A stretch of DNA of 64,000 bases from an uncultured Solirubrobacterales bacterium (GCA_963731895.1 CAVSXO010000026.1:451285-515284), one strand, 5' to 3'; positions 1 through 14,241 are shown, numbered from the stretch's first letter. Program-made: numbers and translations. The notes: generated by a model from the letters alone, not told the origin.

Positions 1-26
1 GGCCGGCTGACGACGCCGCTCCTCCG

Positions 27-770
27 ATGATGCCGGAGACAGAGCGCATCGCCGCGGCGCTCGAGCCCGCGCTGAGGGAGGTCATCGACATGACCATGGA
101 GCGGGTGGCCAAGATCGAGCAGGAAACCATGCGTGAGGCTCGCGAGCTGATGGCGTCTGCGGGGCAGAACTCGCAGGAGGCGCTCGACCATTCGTCCCGC
201 CTCGTGATAGGCTGGAGTCCTGACCGGCACGGTGGCCCAGGTGACATCCAATTTGCGCACCGAGGTCGACGACGTGACCGAGTCCCTGCGGGGACTGCAT
301 GGATTGAAGGTGGAATTGCCGGAGGAGATGGCCGGGAATGCTCCAGATGCCGAGCCCCAGCACCCCGAGCCACAGCCTTCACCCGAGCCGGAGGCGCGAT
401 CCGAGGCTCCAGCGCCCGAGGCGCCGCAACCCCTCCGAGGCTCCGGCACCCGAGCCTCCAGCACCCGCCGCCGCCAGCACCCCCGGCTCCAGCACCCGCC
501 GCCGCAGCACCCGAGGCCCCGCCACCCGCCACGTCGATGCCCGACCCCGAGTTCGAGCCCAGCCCCGAGCTGACCGGCATGTTCCGCGAGCAGATCACGA
601 GGATGCGCGACGACGGCAAGTCACGTGACGAAGCCGAGCGTGTCCTGCTGCGCTTCAGGCTCGGTCACCGCTTCCTCGGGATGCTCGACGAGATCTACCT
701 GTCGGATGCGCCCAGCAGAAGGCGTCGCAACAAGCGGGGGCCGTTCACAAGGTTTCGGCGCCACGCCTGA
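27..770 (+). pseudogene. Hypothetical coiled-coil protein with Pro/Ala/Glu-rich linker; frame broken (>=3 shifts between ~205 and ~480)
   Basis: The helical N-terminus (MMPETERIAAALEPALREVIDMTMERVAKIEQETMREAREL) and the C-terminus (PDPEFEPSPELTGMFREQITRMRDDGKSRDEAERVLLRF) are in frame 27. The protein-like middle (AQVTSNLRTEVDDVTESLRGLHGLKVELPEEMAGNAPDAEPQHPEPQPSPEPE) is in the frame of ORF 232..573. Paralogous to the next gene. Confidence 0.4.
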
Positions 771-867
771 GTGCCGCGAGGCGTGGGCAAAGCACATTCC
801 GATTGCGCCCTTTCGGCGCTAGCAGTAGCCTGTAGCCCGTTCATAGCGAGCGAAGGAAGGCTCCAAA

Positions 868-1763
868 TTGGCCATTATCAAGCGCAGTGACGCAGACTCA
901 GGACCGCAGCCAGGGCTGGCGGATGGTTCGATCGCAGTGGAGGAAGCGCCGGCCGCCCCGGCAGCCGATCCCGCCCCCCCGGCGCCTCAGGGCGCCGTCA
1001 AATCGATGGCGGAGACGCTTCCGGCCGCGCTCGAGCCCGAGTTGCGGCGGATCATCGACACGGCCGTAGCCCGTGTCGCGGCGATCGAGCTGGAGGCGAT
1101 CCACGAGGCCCGCGAGCTCACGCAACGCTCCGAGAAGGAGGCGCGCGAGGCGCTGCGCTTCGCGCTCGACCGCGCTTTCAACCTGATTGCCACGCTGGAG
1201 CTGCTGGCGTCCACGGTCAGTGGGATGGCCGACGCGCTGAAGATCGAGCTCGACGATGCGATCGACGCTCTCGGAAGGTGCCGGAGCCCGAATCCGAGCT
1301 TGCCAAGGAGTTGGGGCAGACGGCGCCCGCACAGGAGGCGCCGATGCCGGAGCCCACGCCGTGCGCCAGCAAGCCCGCGCCGGAGCCGGCACCAGAACCG
1401 GTGCCTGTCGCCGTCCAACCGCCGCCGCCCGCCGAGCCGGAGCCTCAGGTCACCGCAGAGGAGCCGCCCGCCGCCTGTCGCGGGCAGCCCGCTCCCGAAG
1501 CGCCCGCCGTGGAGGAGCCTGCTCCCGCTGCTCCCGCGGAGGTGCCGCCCGCCGCGGCCCGTGGGAACGGTTACCCACCCGCCGAGCGGCAGGCCGAGTC
1601 ACTTGCCACGGCGACACAGAGCGAGCCGGAGCCGGAGCCGGAGCCCGAGCCAGAGCCGCAGGAGCCGCCCGAGCGCACGGTCGTTCGCGCGGCCGCGTCC
1701 GAGGACGGCGGGATGGTCCCCGCACGCCGTCGCGGGCTCATGCGCCGGCTGTTCGCCAAGTAG
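868..1763 (+). pseudogene. Hypothetical coiled-coil protein with Pro/Glu-rich tail (paralog of 27..770); one +1 shift near 1270
   Basis: TTG start at 868 preceded by GAAGGAAGG. Residues ETLPAALEPELRRIIDTAVARVAAIELEAIHEARELTQRSEKEAREAL...DDAIDAL are in frame 868. The sequence then continues as VPEPESELAKELGQTAPAQEAP...EPEPEPEPEPEPQEPPERT...RRLFAK-stop in the frame of ORF 1278..1763. Confidence 0.5.
1623..1658 (+). repeat. Hexanucleotide tandem repeat (GAGCCN)x6 encoding (EP)n
   Basis: Read directly: gagccg gagccg gagccg gagccc gagcca gagccg, inside the Pro/Glu-rich tail of the 868..1763 gene. Confidence 0.85.
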
Positions 1764-1833
1764 TCCCGGCAGGCGGCCAAACGCACCGACGGCGTCCGGC
1801 GGAACGTCCGCAAAGACGCACTACGCTTTCTCC

Positions 1834-2169
1834 ATGGACGACGAGGGTCACGCAGTCTCGTACAAGCTGCTCAAGCGCGGCACAGCCGTGCACTCCTCGG
1901 ACGGGGAGGAGATCGGGACGGTCGAGCGCGTGCTCGAGAACCCGCGCGAGCACATCTTCGACGGCATCGTGATCATCACGGCGCGCGGGGAGCAGTTCGT
2001 GGACGCACCCGAGGTCGCCCGGATCGCGGAGCGTCGCGTGACGCTGTCGATCCCGGCCGCTGAGGCGGCCCAGCTGCCCGAGCCCGACCCCGGAGCGCCG
2101 GAGTTCAAGGCCAACCTGGCGAGCGGGCGGCTGTCGCGACTCTTCGGCGGCGCCTGGCGCCGCAAGTAG
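1834..2169 (+). CDS. PRC-barrel domain protein
   Basis: ATG at 1834, in the same frame as the long ORF 868..2169. Sequence MDDEGHAVSYKLLKRGTAVHSSDGEEIGTVERVLENPREHIFDGIVIITARGEQFVDAPEVARIAERRVTLSI matches the PRC-barrel pattern. Confidence 0.7.
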   Translation: MDDEGHAVSYKLLKRGTAVHSSDGEEIGTVERVLENPREHIFDGIVIITARGEQFVDAPEVARIAERRVTLSIPAAEAAQLPEPDPGAPEFKANLASGRLSRLFGGAWRRK

Positions 2170-2187
2170 CCCGACCGCCGCGAAGGC

Positions 2188-2877
2188 CTACCAGGCGGCC
2201 GGTCGCCGGTCCCTGAAGAAGCCGTTCGTCGGGCCGTCGGCGGGCAGGGTTGCCAGCCACACCAGCGTGTCGACGCCCTCCTCGACGGAACGCGGGGCCG
2301 ACTGCCCGCCCATGTCCGTACGGACCCACCCCGGGCACATCGCGTTCACCTTCACGTCGCCGTGGCCCTCCGCCGCGAACGCGAGCTGGCGCGTGAGCAT
2401 GTTGAGCGCGGCCTTGGAGATGCTGTAGGCGGGCGAGTAGGCCTCGGGTTCGGTGATGGAGCCCGCCCCGCTCGAGACGTTCACGACGCGGCCGTAGCCG
2501 CGGTCGAGCATTCCCGGCAGAAAGGCGCGGGCGGTGCGCAGCGGCCCGAGCAGGTTCACCTCCAGCGTCTTTCGCATCAGCTCGTCGGTCATGTCCAGGA
2601 TGCGGCCGCTCTGCAACACCCCGGCGTTGTTCACGAGCACGTCCACGGTGACCCCGTCGCGCTCCAGGCGGCGCGCGCAGTCCCGGACACTGTCGTCGTC
2701 TGACACGTCGAGCCGCTCGAAACGAACGCCCAGCTCGGCGGCTGCCGCCGCCCCGGCATCGGGGTCGCGCGCGGTCAGCACCACGTCGAGCCCGGCGCGC
2801 GCGAGCTGGCGTGCGGCCTCGAGGCCGATTCCGCGGTTCGCGCCCGTGACCAGTGCCGTGAGATCGCCGGTTTCCAT
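2188..2877 (-). CDS. Short-chain dehydrogenase/reductase (SDR)
   Basis: METGDLTALVTGANRGIGLEAARQLA (TGxxxGIG cofactor motif), NNAG, and the YSISK catalytic Y-x3-K. ATG complement at 2875..2877. The upstream part of ORF 2188..3723 is antisense to the next gene and was discarded. Confidence 0.9.
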   Translation of the reverse strand: METGDLTALVTGANRGIGLEAARQLARAGLDVVLTARDPDAGAAAAAELGVRFERLDVSDDDSVRDCARRLERDGVTVDVLVNNAGVLQSGRILDMTDELMRKTLEVNLLGPLRTARAFLPGMLDRGYGRVVNVSSGAGSITEPEAYSPAYSISKAALNMLTRQLAFAAEGHGDVKVNAMCPGWVRTDMGGQSAPRSVEEGVDTLVWLATLPADGPTNGFFRDRRPAAW

Positions 2878-2986
2878 CGATTCCACTTGATTCTCCCTCC
2901 AACCGTGGGCTAGGCTCGCGCCGACGGAGGTTCGGATATCACGATGCGAGGGCCGAACTTGAGAGATCGACACGGAAGTTGGAGCC

Positions 2987-4261
2987 ATGGCGGGCTTACG
3001 GGAAACCATCAGGAGAAGGGGCTTCGGACCTTCGGGGCTGTGCTGCGTCGGTCTCCTGTTGGTCTCCCTGCTTGCCCTGCTGCCGGCGACGGCACCCGCA
3101 GCGATCACGGAATTCACGCTGCCCAACGCCAACAGCTGGCCGGCGGGGATCACCGTGGGTTCCGACGGGGCGCTCTGGTTCACCGAGGAGAACGGGCACC
3201 GGATCGGCCGGATCACGACCGACGGCGCCATCACGGAGTACCAGATTCCCACCATCCCGAGCGCACCGGCTGAGATCACCGCCACCAAGGACGGGAATCT
3301 GTGGTTCACCGAGTTCGGCGCCGCTCCGCTGCCCAAGATTGGCCGGCTGACGCCCGGAAATCCTCCAGTCTGGAGGGAATGGGAGCTTTCACCGGGCGCC
3401 GCCCCTGACGGGATCACCGTCGGGCCCGATGGGGCAATCTGGTTCACGGAGAACGGCGCGGGCAAGATCGGCCGGATCACGCTCGACGGCTCCTCCCTCG
3501 AGGAGTACGGCCAGGAGCACGGCTTGAATGGATCCAAGCCCGGGGACATCACGACGGGTCCCGACGGGCGGCTCTGGTTCACCGAATCCGAGGCCCACAA
3601 GGTCGGCGCCATCAGGCCCGGGAACCCACCCGCGATCGAGGAATACGACGTTCCCGGAGCCGATCCCTCTGGCATCGCCGCCTCCGGGGGCTCGATCTGG
3701 TTCACCATGCACGGTCTGGACATGGTGGGCCGGATGTCGACGCTCGGTCAGTCCTTGGACGTGTTCGGGCTTCCTCCCGGCAGCCGCCCTTCGGGGATCG
3801 CGCTCGGTCCCGACGGCGCACTGTGGTTCGCTGAGACGGATACCAACAAGATCGGCCGCATGACGACCACGGGCCGCCTCACCGAGTTCGCGCTTCCTCC
3901 AGATCCGAGCGGGCCCAATCTCCCGGGTGAGATCGTGCAAGGGCCGGACGGCGCGATGTGGTTCACCGAATCGGGGGTCAACAAGATCGGGCGCATCGAC
4001 GCCGGCCCCTCCACATCGGTGTTCGTCCCGCCGCCGTCCGTGCCGCCGCTGAAGATCACGACCACCAAGACGTCCACACCTGTGAAGAGGGCCTGCCGGG
4101 TGCCGCGGGTGCGTGGTCTGCGGATCGGGCAGGCCCGGAAGAAGATGCGGCGCGCGAAGTGCAGGTTCCGCATCCGCGGCAAGGGCCGCGTGGTCTCGAC
4201 CCGCCCGCGGGCCGGCGTGCGCACCCGCGCGACCGTGCAGCTGAAGGCGAAGCGGCGCTAA
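2987..4261 (+). CDS. Secreted Vgb (virginiamycin B lyase)-like beta-propeller repeat protein with basic PASTA-like tail
   Basis: Signal peptide (LLLVSLLALLPATAPA). About 7 repeats of GPDGALWFTE..NKIGRIT. C-terminal CRVPRVRGLRIGQARKKMRRAKCRFRIRGKGRVVSTRPRAG resembles a PASTA-type unit (inference). Confidence 0.85.
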   Translation: MAGLRETIRRRGFGPSGLCCVGLLLVSLLALLPATAPAAITEFTLPNANSWPAGITVGSDGALWFTEENGHRIGRITTDGAITEYQIPTIPSAPAEITATKDGNLWFTEFGAAPLPKIGRLTPGNPPVWREWELSPGAAPDGITVGPDGAIWFTENGAGKIGRITLDGSSLEEYGQEHGLNGSKPGDITTGPDGRLWFTESEAHKVGAIRPGNPPAIEEYDVPGADPSGIAASGGSIWFTMHGLDMVGRMSTLGQSLDVFGLPPGSRPSGIALGPDGALWFAETDTNKIGRMTTTGRLTEFALPPDPSGPNLPGEIVQGPDGAMWFTESGVNKIGRIDAGPSTSVFVPPPSVPPLKITTTKTSTPVKRACRVPRVRGLRIGQARKKMRRAKCRFRIRGKGRVVSTRPRAGVRTRATVQLKAKRR

Positions 4262-4313
4262 CCCGAGCTCGCCGGGCTCGACGCAGTCGGTCGATTCCGG
4301 GTAAGACGGTTCC

Positions 4314-4652
4314 ATGTCGCAATTGGCCGTCTCCAGTCAGGTCGCGGTGCTCTATGCCATCGGCCTGTTCGCGGTCCTGTTCCTCCCGGGTGCGGTGACG
4401 CTGCTCAAGGGCCGGAGCGGCCTGTTCGCCGTCGGGTGGCTGGTGGGCGGCCTGGTGTGGATGATCGTCTCACTCAGGCTCGCGCTGCCGGAGTCCTACT
4501 GGGCACGCTGGTTCTACGGGCCGGACAAGGTCTCCAGGGCGCGCCGGCGATATCCGAACGGCGGCTTCGGCGGGCCGGCGCACCTGATCGGCGCGGCACT
4601 CATGCTCGCCGCGCCGGTCGCCATCGGCGTTGCCGTGGCGATGGGGGTCTAG
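4314..4652 (+). CDS. Small integral membrane protein, unknown function
   Basis: 112-aa ORF with 3 hydrophobic segments (VAVLYAIGLFAVLFLPGAV, LFAVGWLVGGLVWMIVSL, LIGAALMLAAPVAIGVAVAM). Confidence 0.5.
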   Translation: MSQLAVSSQVAVLYAIGLFAVLFLPGAVTLLKGRSGLFAVGWLVGGLVWMIVSLRLALPESYWARWFYGPDKVSRARRRYPNGGFGGPAHLIGAALMLAAPVAIGVAVAMGV

Positions 4653-4683
4653 TGCCTGCGGTTTGCTACGCGGGTCTCGCGGA

Positions 4684-6421
4684 TCACGGCACGAAGACGC
4701 CCTGCCGGGCGAAGACCGTGTTGCCGGTCGGCGTGTCCACGTCACCGTCGGGTCCTCCGTCGAGCACATCCGTCTGGCTGAACTGCCAGATCGCGCGCTT
4801 GCCCGACTGAACGATTCCGGGAGTCACGGCGTTGGCGGCGGTGACCACGCTGCACGTGCTTCCCACGTTCGCCGCCCCGCCGGTCGGCGAGCACGGCACC
4901 GTGAACGCGAAGGTGCGGTCACCGAGCGTGCCCGACTCGGTCAGCGATGCGCCGTTCACCTTGTCGGTGATGCGCAGGGTCACCCGCGCCTGCAGCTCCC
5001 CCGGGTAGTCGGCAAGGCCGGCCTTGTTCCTGACATCGTCGATGGACGCCCTCAGCACGACGTCGCCCGCCCCCAGCTCGTACTTCAGTGAGCCCACGGA
5101 CTGGGCCGGGTTCGAGTTCGCGTCGGGCGAGCCGATCGTCACGAAGCCGGAGCTCTGGGCCGTCGGGCTGCATGACGCGTTCGCGAGGGGCGGCCCGTGC
5201 ATCCGGTTCGCGCTGCCCGTGGGACATGCGTTGAAGGCCGGCACGAGCGCGGCCCTGAACGGCGTTGCGCCCTGGGGGCGTGGATAGCCCTCGAGGGTCG
5301 TCCCGAGCAGAATCGAGACGTTGTCGACCAACTCGTTGGTGACCGCGATGTCGGCGCGGCCGTCGGCGTTGAAGTCGGCCACGGCGACCGAGCTGGGGCC
5401 GTCGCCGGCCGCGAGGTTGATCGGCCCCAGGAAGCCGAGGCCGCTTCCGCCGATCAGCACCGTCACGTCGTCCGAGGCCTGGTTGGCGACCGCCAGGTCC
5501 CGGTCGGTGTCGCCGTTGAACTCGCCCACGGCGATGTCGTCGGGGAGGCTGCCGACCGCGGTGTTGGTGATGCCCGTGAAGGTTCCCCCGGTGGCGCCGC
5601 CGAGCGCCGAGATGTTGTGGCAGGTCTCGTTCGCGGTCGCGAGGTCCGGGTCCGAGTCACCGTTGAACTCGCCTGACGTGATCGCGGTCGGGCTTCCGCA
5701 GACGCTGAAGTTGGTGGGCCCGGTGAAGGTCCCGCCTACGGCGCCGAGCAGCACGGACACGTTGTTGGTCCCCTCGTTCGCGACCGCCAGGTCGAGGTCG
5801 GTGTCGCCGTTGTAGTCGCGGATCACGATCCCGCGCGGCAGGCCGCCGACATTGAAGGTGGTCGGGCTCCCGAAGCTCGCGCCGGCGCCACCGAGCAGCA
5901 CGGAGACGTTGTTCGAGCCCTCGTTCACCGAGGCGAGGTCGGGATCGGAGTCGCCGTTGAAGTCCCCGACCCCCACGGTCTGGGGCGCCATGCCCACAGC
6001 GATGTCGGTCGGCCCGGTGAAGCTCCCGCCGGCGGCCGCCGAGCAGGATCGAGATGGTGTTCGCTCCCTCGTTCGCCACCGCCAGGTCGGGATCGGTGTC
6101 GCCGTTGAAGTCGCCCATTCCCAGTGACAGGGGCACCAGTCCGACAGCGAAGTCGGTCGGCGCCGAGAACGTTCCGCCGGCGCCGCCGAGCAGGATCGAG
6201 ACCGTGTTGGCGTGCTGGTTCACGATCGCCAGGTCCGGATCCGAGTCGCCGTTGAACTCGCCCACGGCGACCGTTTGGGGGAAGTTCCCCGTGGCGAAGT
6301 TGGTCGGCCCGCTGAAGTTGACAGCGTGCGCCGCCGGCGCCCAGACCGCGATGCAAGCCAGCATTCCAAGGAGCGGCGCCAGCCTGCCACCTCGCGTCGG
6401 GTTTCGTCCGTGATCGCCCAC
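4684..6421 (-). pseudogene. Secreted FG-GAP/VCBS repeat protein with conserved C-terminal module; single +1 shift near 6035
   Basis: Signal peptide MLACIAVWAPAAHA. About 8 repeats of GDFNGDSDPDLAV.N...N.VSVLLG. ORF 5657..6421 reads ...ISILLGG, and the sequence continues as ..FTGPTDIAVGMAPQTVGVGDFNGD in ORF 4684..5997 (extra C in GGCGGC[C]GCCGGC). The last 201 aa form the shared C-terminal module (4684..5289). Confidence 0.85.
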
Positions 6422-6520
6422 TCCGTCTCCTCCGTGATCCGTAATGCTCCCGGTGGCGCCTACCGTCCGCGCCGAGCCGACCCTAACCGGGCACTGACCC
6501 CGGTGTCAATTTCCCTGGTC

Positions 6521-7318
6521 GTGAGCGCGGCGGAAGCGATAGCTTGCAGCGCGGTGCTGCGGCTCGTCACGATCCCGATCAGCCACTACTGCGAGAAGGC
6601 GCGGTGGGCGCTGGAGCGGGCGGGGATCCCGTACCGCGAGGAGCGCCACGTGCAGGGCATCCATCGCGTCGCGGCGCGCCGCGCGGGCGGGGGCTCGACC
6701 GTGCCCGTGCTGGTCACACCCGAGGGCGTGCTCGGCGAATCGGAGGCGATCCTCGCCTGGGTGGACGAGCGCACGCCGCCGGAGCAGCGGCTCTTCCCGG
6801 CCGACCCGGCCGAGCGCTCCGAGGTCGAAACGCTCTGCCGGCGTCTGGACGAGCACCTCGGGCCGACCGGGCGGCGGCTGATGTACACGAACATGCTCCC
6901 GCAGCGCAGCCTGATGCTGCGCTTCAACAACCAGGGCGTTCCGGCATGGGAGGATCGCCTGCTCCGCTACGGGTGGCCCGTGATCATCCGGTGGGCGAAG
7001 CGCGAGCTCGGCATCCGCCCGGGCGTCGAGGTCGAGGACGAGGCCGCGGTGTGGCGCGAGTTCGACTTCGTCGCCGAGCTGCTGTCGGACGGCCGCGAGC
7101 ACCTGTGCGGCGATCGCTTCGGCGCGGCCGACCTGACCTTCGCGGCGCTGTCAGCCTCGATGATCGTGCCGCCCGTCTACGGGGTTCCCCTCCCGCAGCC
7201 GGACATCCTGCCGCCCCACATCGTGGCGATGGTCGAGCGCGCGCGAGACCATCCTGCCGGCCGCTACGCGCTCACGCTTTTCGAGCAGCACCGCCGGCCC
7301 GGCGTGCCCGTCGGTTAG
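6521..7318 (+). CDS. Glutathione S-transferase family protein
   Basis: LRLVTIPISHYCEKARWALERAGIPYREE (thioredoxin-like N-domain) plus a helical C-domain. The start is uncertain: in-frame GTG at 6521 or 6554. The upstream part of ORF 6212..7318 is antisense to the FG-GAP gene. Confidence 0.75.
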   Translation: MSAAEAIACSAVLRLVTIPISHYCEKARWALERAGIPYREERHVQGIHRVAARRAGGGSTVPVLVTPEGVLGESEAILAWVDERTPPEQRLFPADPAERSEVETLCRRLDEHLGPTGRRLMYTNMLPQRSLMLRFNNQGVPAWEDRLLRYGWPVIIRWAKRELGIRPGVEVEDEAAVWREFDFVAELLSDGREHLCGDRFGAADLTFAALSASMIVPPVYGVPLPQPDILPPHIVAMVERARDHPAGRYALTLFEQHRRPGVPVG

Positions 7319-9471
7319 CCGCCTTCCGTCTCGCTCGCCACCCGCGGCGGGATCGACGGCTTCACGCGCAGCCAGCGCGCCGGCCGTTCCGGCAGCCACC
7401 AGTTCCAGCGGCCGAAGAGCGACACCGCCGCCGGCACCAGCAAGGCTCTGAGCACGATCGCGTCGAACAGGATCCCGGCCGCCAACCCGGTGGCCAGCAT
7501 CTTCACGTCGGTTCCCGGGCTCGCCGCGAGCGACATGAACGCGAGGAACAGGATCAGCGCCGCGCTCGTGACCAGCCGCCCGGTGCGGCCGATGCCGCGG
7601 ATGACCGCCTGCTCGGTGGAGCCCGTCGCGTCGTACTCCTCCCGCATGCGGGCCAGGATGAACACCTCGTAGTCCATCGAGAGCCCGAACAGGAACGCGA
7701 AGATCATCAGCGGGATCCACGACGGCACCGAGCCCGTGGATGCGATGCCCCAGATCGCTTCGGAGCCCCATCCGAGCTGCCACACGACCACCAGCACGCC
7801 CCAGGCCGCCGCGATGCTCAGGACGTTCAGCGCCACCGCCTTTGCGGGCAGCAGCAGTGAGCGGAACGCCCGCGCCAGCAGGATGAACGTGATGATGCCG
7901 ATCAGCGCGATCATCAGCGGGAAGTTGCCGTAGACGGCCTCGATGAAGTCGTCGTTCAGCGCCAGGTTGCCTCCCACACGCACATCGGGACCGGCAGCGG
8001 CCGCGGCTTCGCGCACGCGGTCGAGCGTGTCGCGCGACTCCGAGGTCGCGCCGTCGGCCGTCGGGAAGACCTCGACCAGCGCGGTGCCGTCCTGGCGCCA
8101 CGCGCTCGAGTCGGGAGCCACGGCCCCGTGGATGCCGGCAAGACCGTCCATGTCACTTGCAACCTTCGCGGGGTCCGTGCCTGCGGCCAGCACCTCGTGC
8201 GGCAGCAGCGCGCCCGCGCCGATGTCGGAGTTCTTCAGCGCCTCGAGCCCGGCCTTGGCGTCGCCCTGCTTGGCGATCGTGTCGAGGTCGGATTGGCCCA
8301 GCTGGATGTTCCAGGCGGCGACCACCAGGGCGGCCACGATGGCGAGGGAGACGCCCGCCGCGATCCAGCGCCGGCGCACGACCAGCTCGGCCCAGCGCGT
8401 CCATGCCCGGCTCGCCTTGTCGTCGGTGCGCCGGTGCGGCCAGTCGAGCCGCCGCCCCCATTTCGCCAGCACGACCGGTAGCAGCGTGAGCGCGACGGCC
8501 GTGCTGACGAGCGGGATCAGCATGCCGCCGTACCCGACGCTGCGCAGGAACGGAAGGGGAAGAGCGACCAAGGCGAGCAGGCCGATCGCGACCGTCGTGC
8601 CGCTGAACACGACCGCACGCCCGGACGTCTCCATCGCGCGCTGGATCGCCTCATCGTTGGTGCGCCCGTGCGCAAGCTCCTCCCGCCAGCGCACCACGAT
8701 CAGCAACGCGTAGTCGATCGCGACACCCAGCCCGATCAGCGCGACCAGGAACTGCACGATCGGTGACACGTCGGTGAAGGCCGTGAGGCCCCACAGGAGC
8801 AGGAACGTGGTCATGATCGACACGATCGCCATGAACATCGGGACGAGCGCGAGGAACGACGCAAACACGAAGGCGAGCACGGCCAGGGCGCCCAGGCCGC
8901 CGACGACCGCCTCGACCAGGATCCCCGGACCCTGAGCGTCCTCGCCGCTGTCCTCCACGAGCGCGTCGTAGCCGGTCAGGTGCACCGGCGCGCCGGCCAC
9001 CGTGACACCTCGGAGCTCCGCCCGTGCCCGCTTCGCCGCGTCCGGGTTCTCGCCGAAGGCGGAGTTCGGGTCGCGGCGGGGAAAGGCGATCGCGAAGGTG
9101 GTGCGGCCGTTGGCCGACACGAACGCGCGGTCACCGGTGGACGCGTACGAGGCGATCCGTGCTCCTGGCAGCGCGCGCTGGACGCGCGCATCGACTGCGC
9201 GCAGCTCCGCGCGCACGCCCGGGGAATCAACGGTCTTGCCCGCGGGGAGTGTCACGACGGGGAGGAAGGGCGCCGTGTCGCCGCCCGTGTTCCCATACTT
9301 CTTCGCGATCTCGACGTTGGTCTCGTACCCCTCCTTGCCGGGCACCGAGAACTCCTGCGAGAGGGCATCCGAGGCGGGGCCGGCGGCCCCGATGCCGACG
9401 ATGGTCAGCAGGAGCCAGAAGGCGACGACTGTACGCTTGTGGGCGAGGACCCAACGGGTGAGGGAAGACAA
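7315..9471 (-). CDS. MMPL-family (RND superfamily) membrane transporter
   Basis: 718-aa intact ORF with two blocks of 5-6 TM helices separated by soluble loops. TTG start at 9471 with GGAGG 7 nt upstream. Typical MMPL N-terminus MSSLTRWVLAHKRTVVAFWLLLTIVGIGAAG. Confidence 0.9.
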   Translation of the reverse strand: MSSLTRWVLAHKRTVVAFWLLLTIVGIGAAGPASDALSQEFSVPGKEGYETNVEIAKKYGNTGGDTAPFLPVVTLPAGKTVDSPGVRAELRAVDARVQRALPGARIASYASTGDRAFVSANGRTTFAIAFPRRDPNSAFGENPDAAKRARAELRGVTVAGAPVHLTGYDALVEDSGEDAQGPGILVEAVVGGLGALAVLAFVFASFLALVPMFMAIVSIMTTFLLLWGLTAFTDVSPIVQFLVALIGLGVAIDYALLIVVRWREELAHGRTNDEAIQRAMETSGRAVVFSGTTVAIGLLALVALPLPFLRSVGYGGMLIPLVSTAVALTLLPVVLAKWGRRLDWPHRRTDDKASRAWTRWAELVVRRRWIAAGVSLAIVAALVVAAWNIQLGQSDLDTIAKQGDAKAGLEALKNSDIGAGALLPHEVLAAGTDPAKVASDMDGLAGIHGAVAPDSSAWRQDGTALVEVFPTADGATSESRDTLDRVREAAAAAGPDVRVGGNLALNDDFIEAVYGNFPLMIALIGIITFILLARAFRSLLLPAKAVALNVLSIAAAWGVLVVVWQLGWGSEAIWGIASTGSVPSWIPLMIFAFLFGLSMDYEVFILARMREEYDATGSTEQAVIRGIGRTGRLVTSAALILFLAFMSLAASPGTDVKMLATGLAAGILFDAIVLRALLVPAAVSLFGRWNWWLPERPARWLRVKPSIPPRVASETEGG

Positions 9472-9500
9472 CGCGTTACCTCCGCTTCGTTGATCGCATC

Positions 9501-9523
9501 AACGATTTGTACCACAAATCGTT
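9501..9523. promoter_or_regulatory. Perfect palindrome AACGATTTGT-ACC-ACAAATCGTT, candidate MarR operator
   Basis: 10-nt perfect inverted arms with a 3-nt spacer. It lies exactly 30 nt from the MMPL start (9471) and 30 nt from the marR start (9553) in the 81-bp divergent intergenic region. Confidence 0.6.
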
Positions 9524-9552
9524 TCTGGCGCTAACGTTATATTTGTCACACA

Positions 9553-9996
9553 GTGCGCTGGGACGAATCTCCACCCGAACCCCTGGCCAGTGCGCCAGGC
9601 TTCCTGCTCTCCTGGAATGGGCAGCGGATCGCGCGGAAGTTTGCCGCCGCGATGGAGTCCGTCGGCCTGCGCCCGCCTCACTTCGGCGTGCTGACGCTGA
9701 TCGACACGGAGCCTGGGAGTGCCCAGCAAACCCTCGTGGAGCGGTCCATGATCGATCCAAGCTCGATGGTAGCGGTGCTCGACGAGCTGGAAGCGATGGG
9801 GCTGGCCGAGCGCCGCCACCATCCGGAGGATCGGCGCAAGCATGCGGTGTACCTGACGGCCCGCGGGCGGCGGACCCTCGAGCGCGCACGGGCCGTGGCG
9901 ATGAAGACCGCGCAGGAGACCTTTGCGCCGCTGGACGCCACGGAGCTGGAGACCCTGCGCCTTCTCCTGCGCAAGCTGGCCGGCGTCGAGTCCTGA
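9553..9996 (+). CDS. MarR-family transcriptional regulator
   Basis: 147 aa. Winged-helix core FGVLTLIDTEPGSAQQTLVERSMIDPSSMVAVLDELEAMGLAERRHHPEDRRKHAVYLTARG. Divergent from the MMPL gene. Confidence 0.9.
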   Translation: MRWDESPPEPLASAPGFLLSWNGQRIARKFAAAMESVGLRPPHFGVLTLIDTEPGSAQQTLVERSMIDPSSMVAVLDELEAMGLAERRHHPEDRRKHAVYLTARGRRTLERARAVAMKTAQETFAPLDATELETLRLLLRKLAGVES

Positions 9997-10070
9997 GCGA
10001 AGCTGGATCATTCATCAGGGGGTAAGACCGGCGCCCGGGGGCAAACTCATCGCCAGCTAAGGTCTGTGGG

Positions 10071-14241
<4,171 letters not shown>

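Noticed and set aside
2878-3723. The 5' extension of the SDR ORF (2188..3723). A similar extension exists for the ACAD ORF (27863..28273).
   Set aside because: The extensions run antisense through the Vgb-like and oxidoreductase genes. Family-typical N-termini begin at internal ATGs (2877 and 27862).
6544-7860. Long ORFs antisense to or overlapping confident genes. Examples: 6544..7860, 16414..18222, 35381..36670, 46035..47801, 52616..53986, 57321..59132, 60154..61869 and 62032..63006.
   Set aside because: They have Arg/Pro/Gly/Ala-dominated low-complexity translations with no motifs, and each mirrors a well-supported gene on the other strand or in another frame. This is the usual stop-codon-poor artefact of very high-GC DNA.
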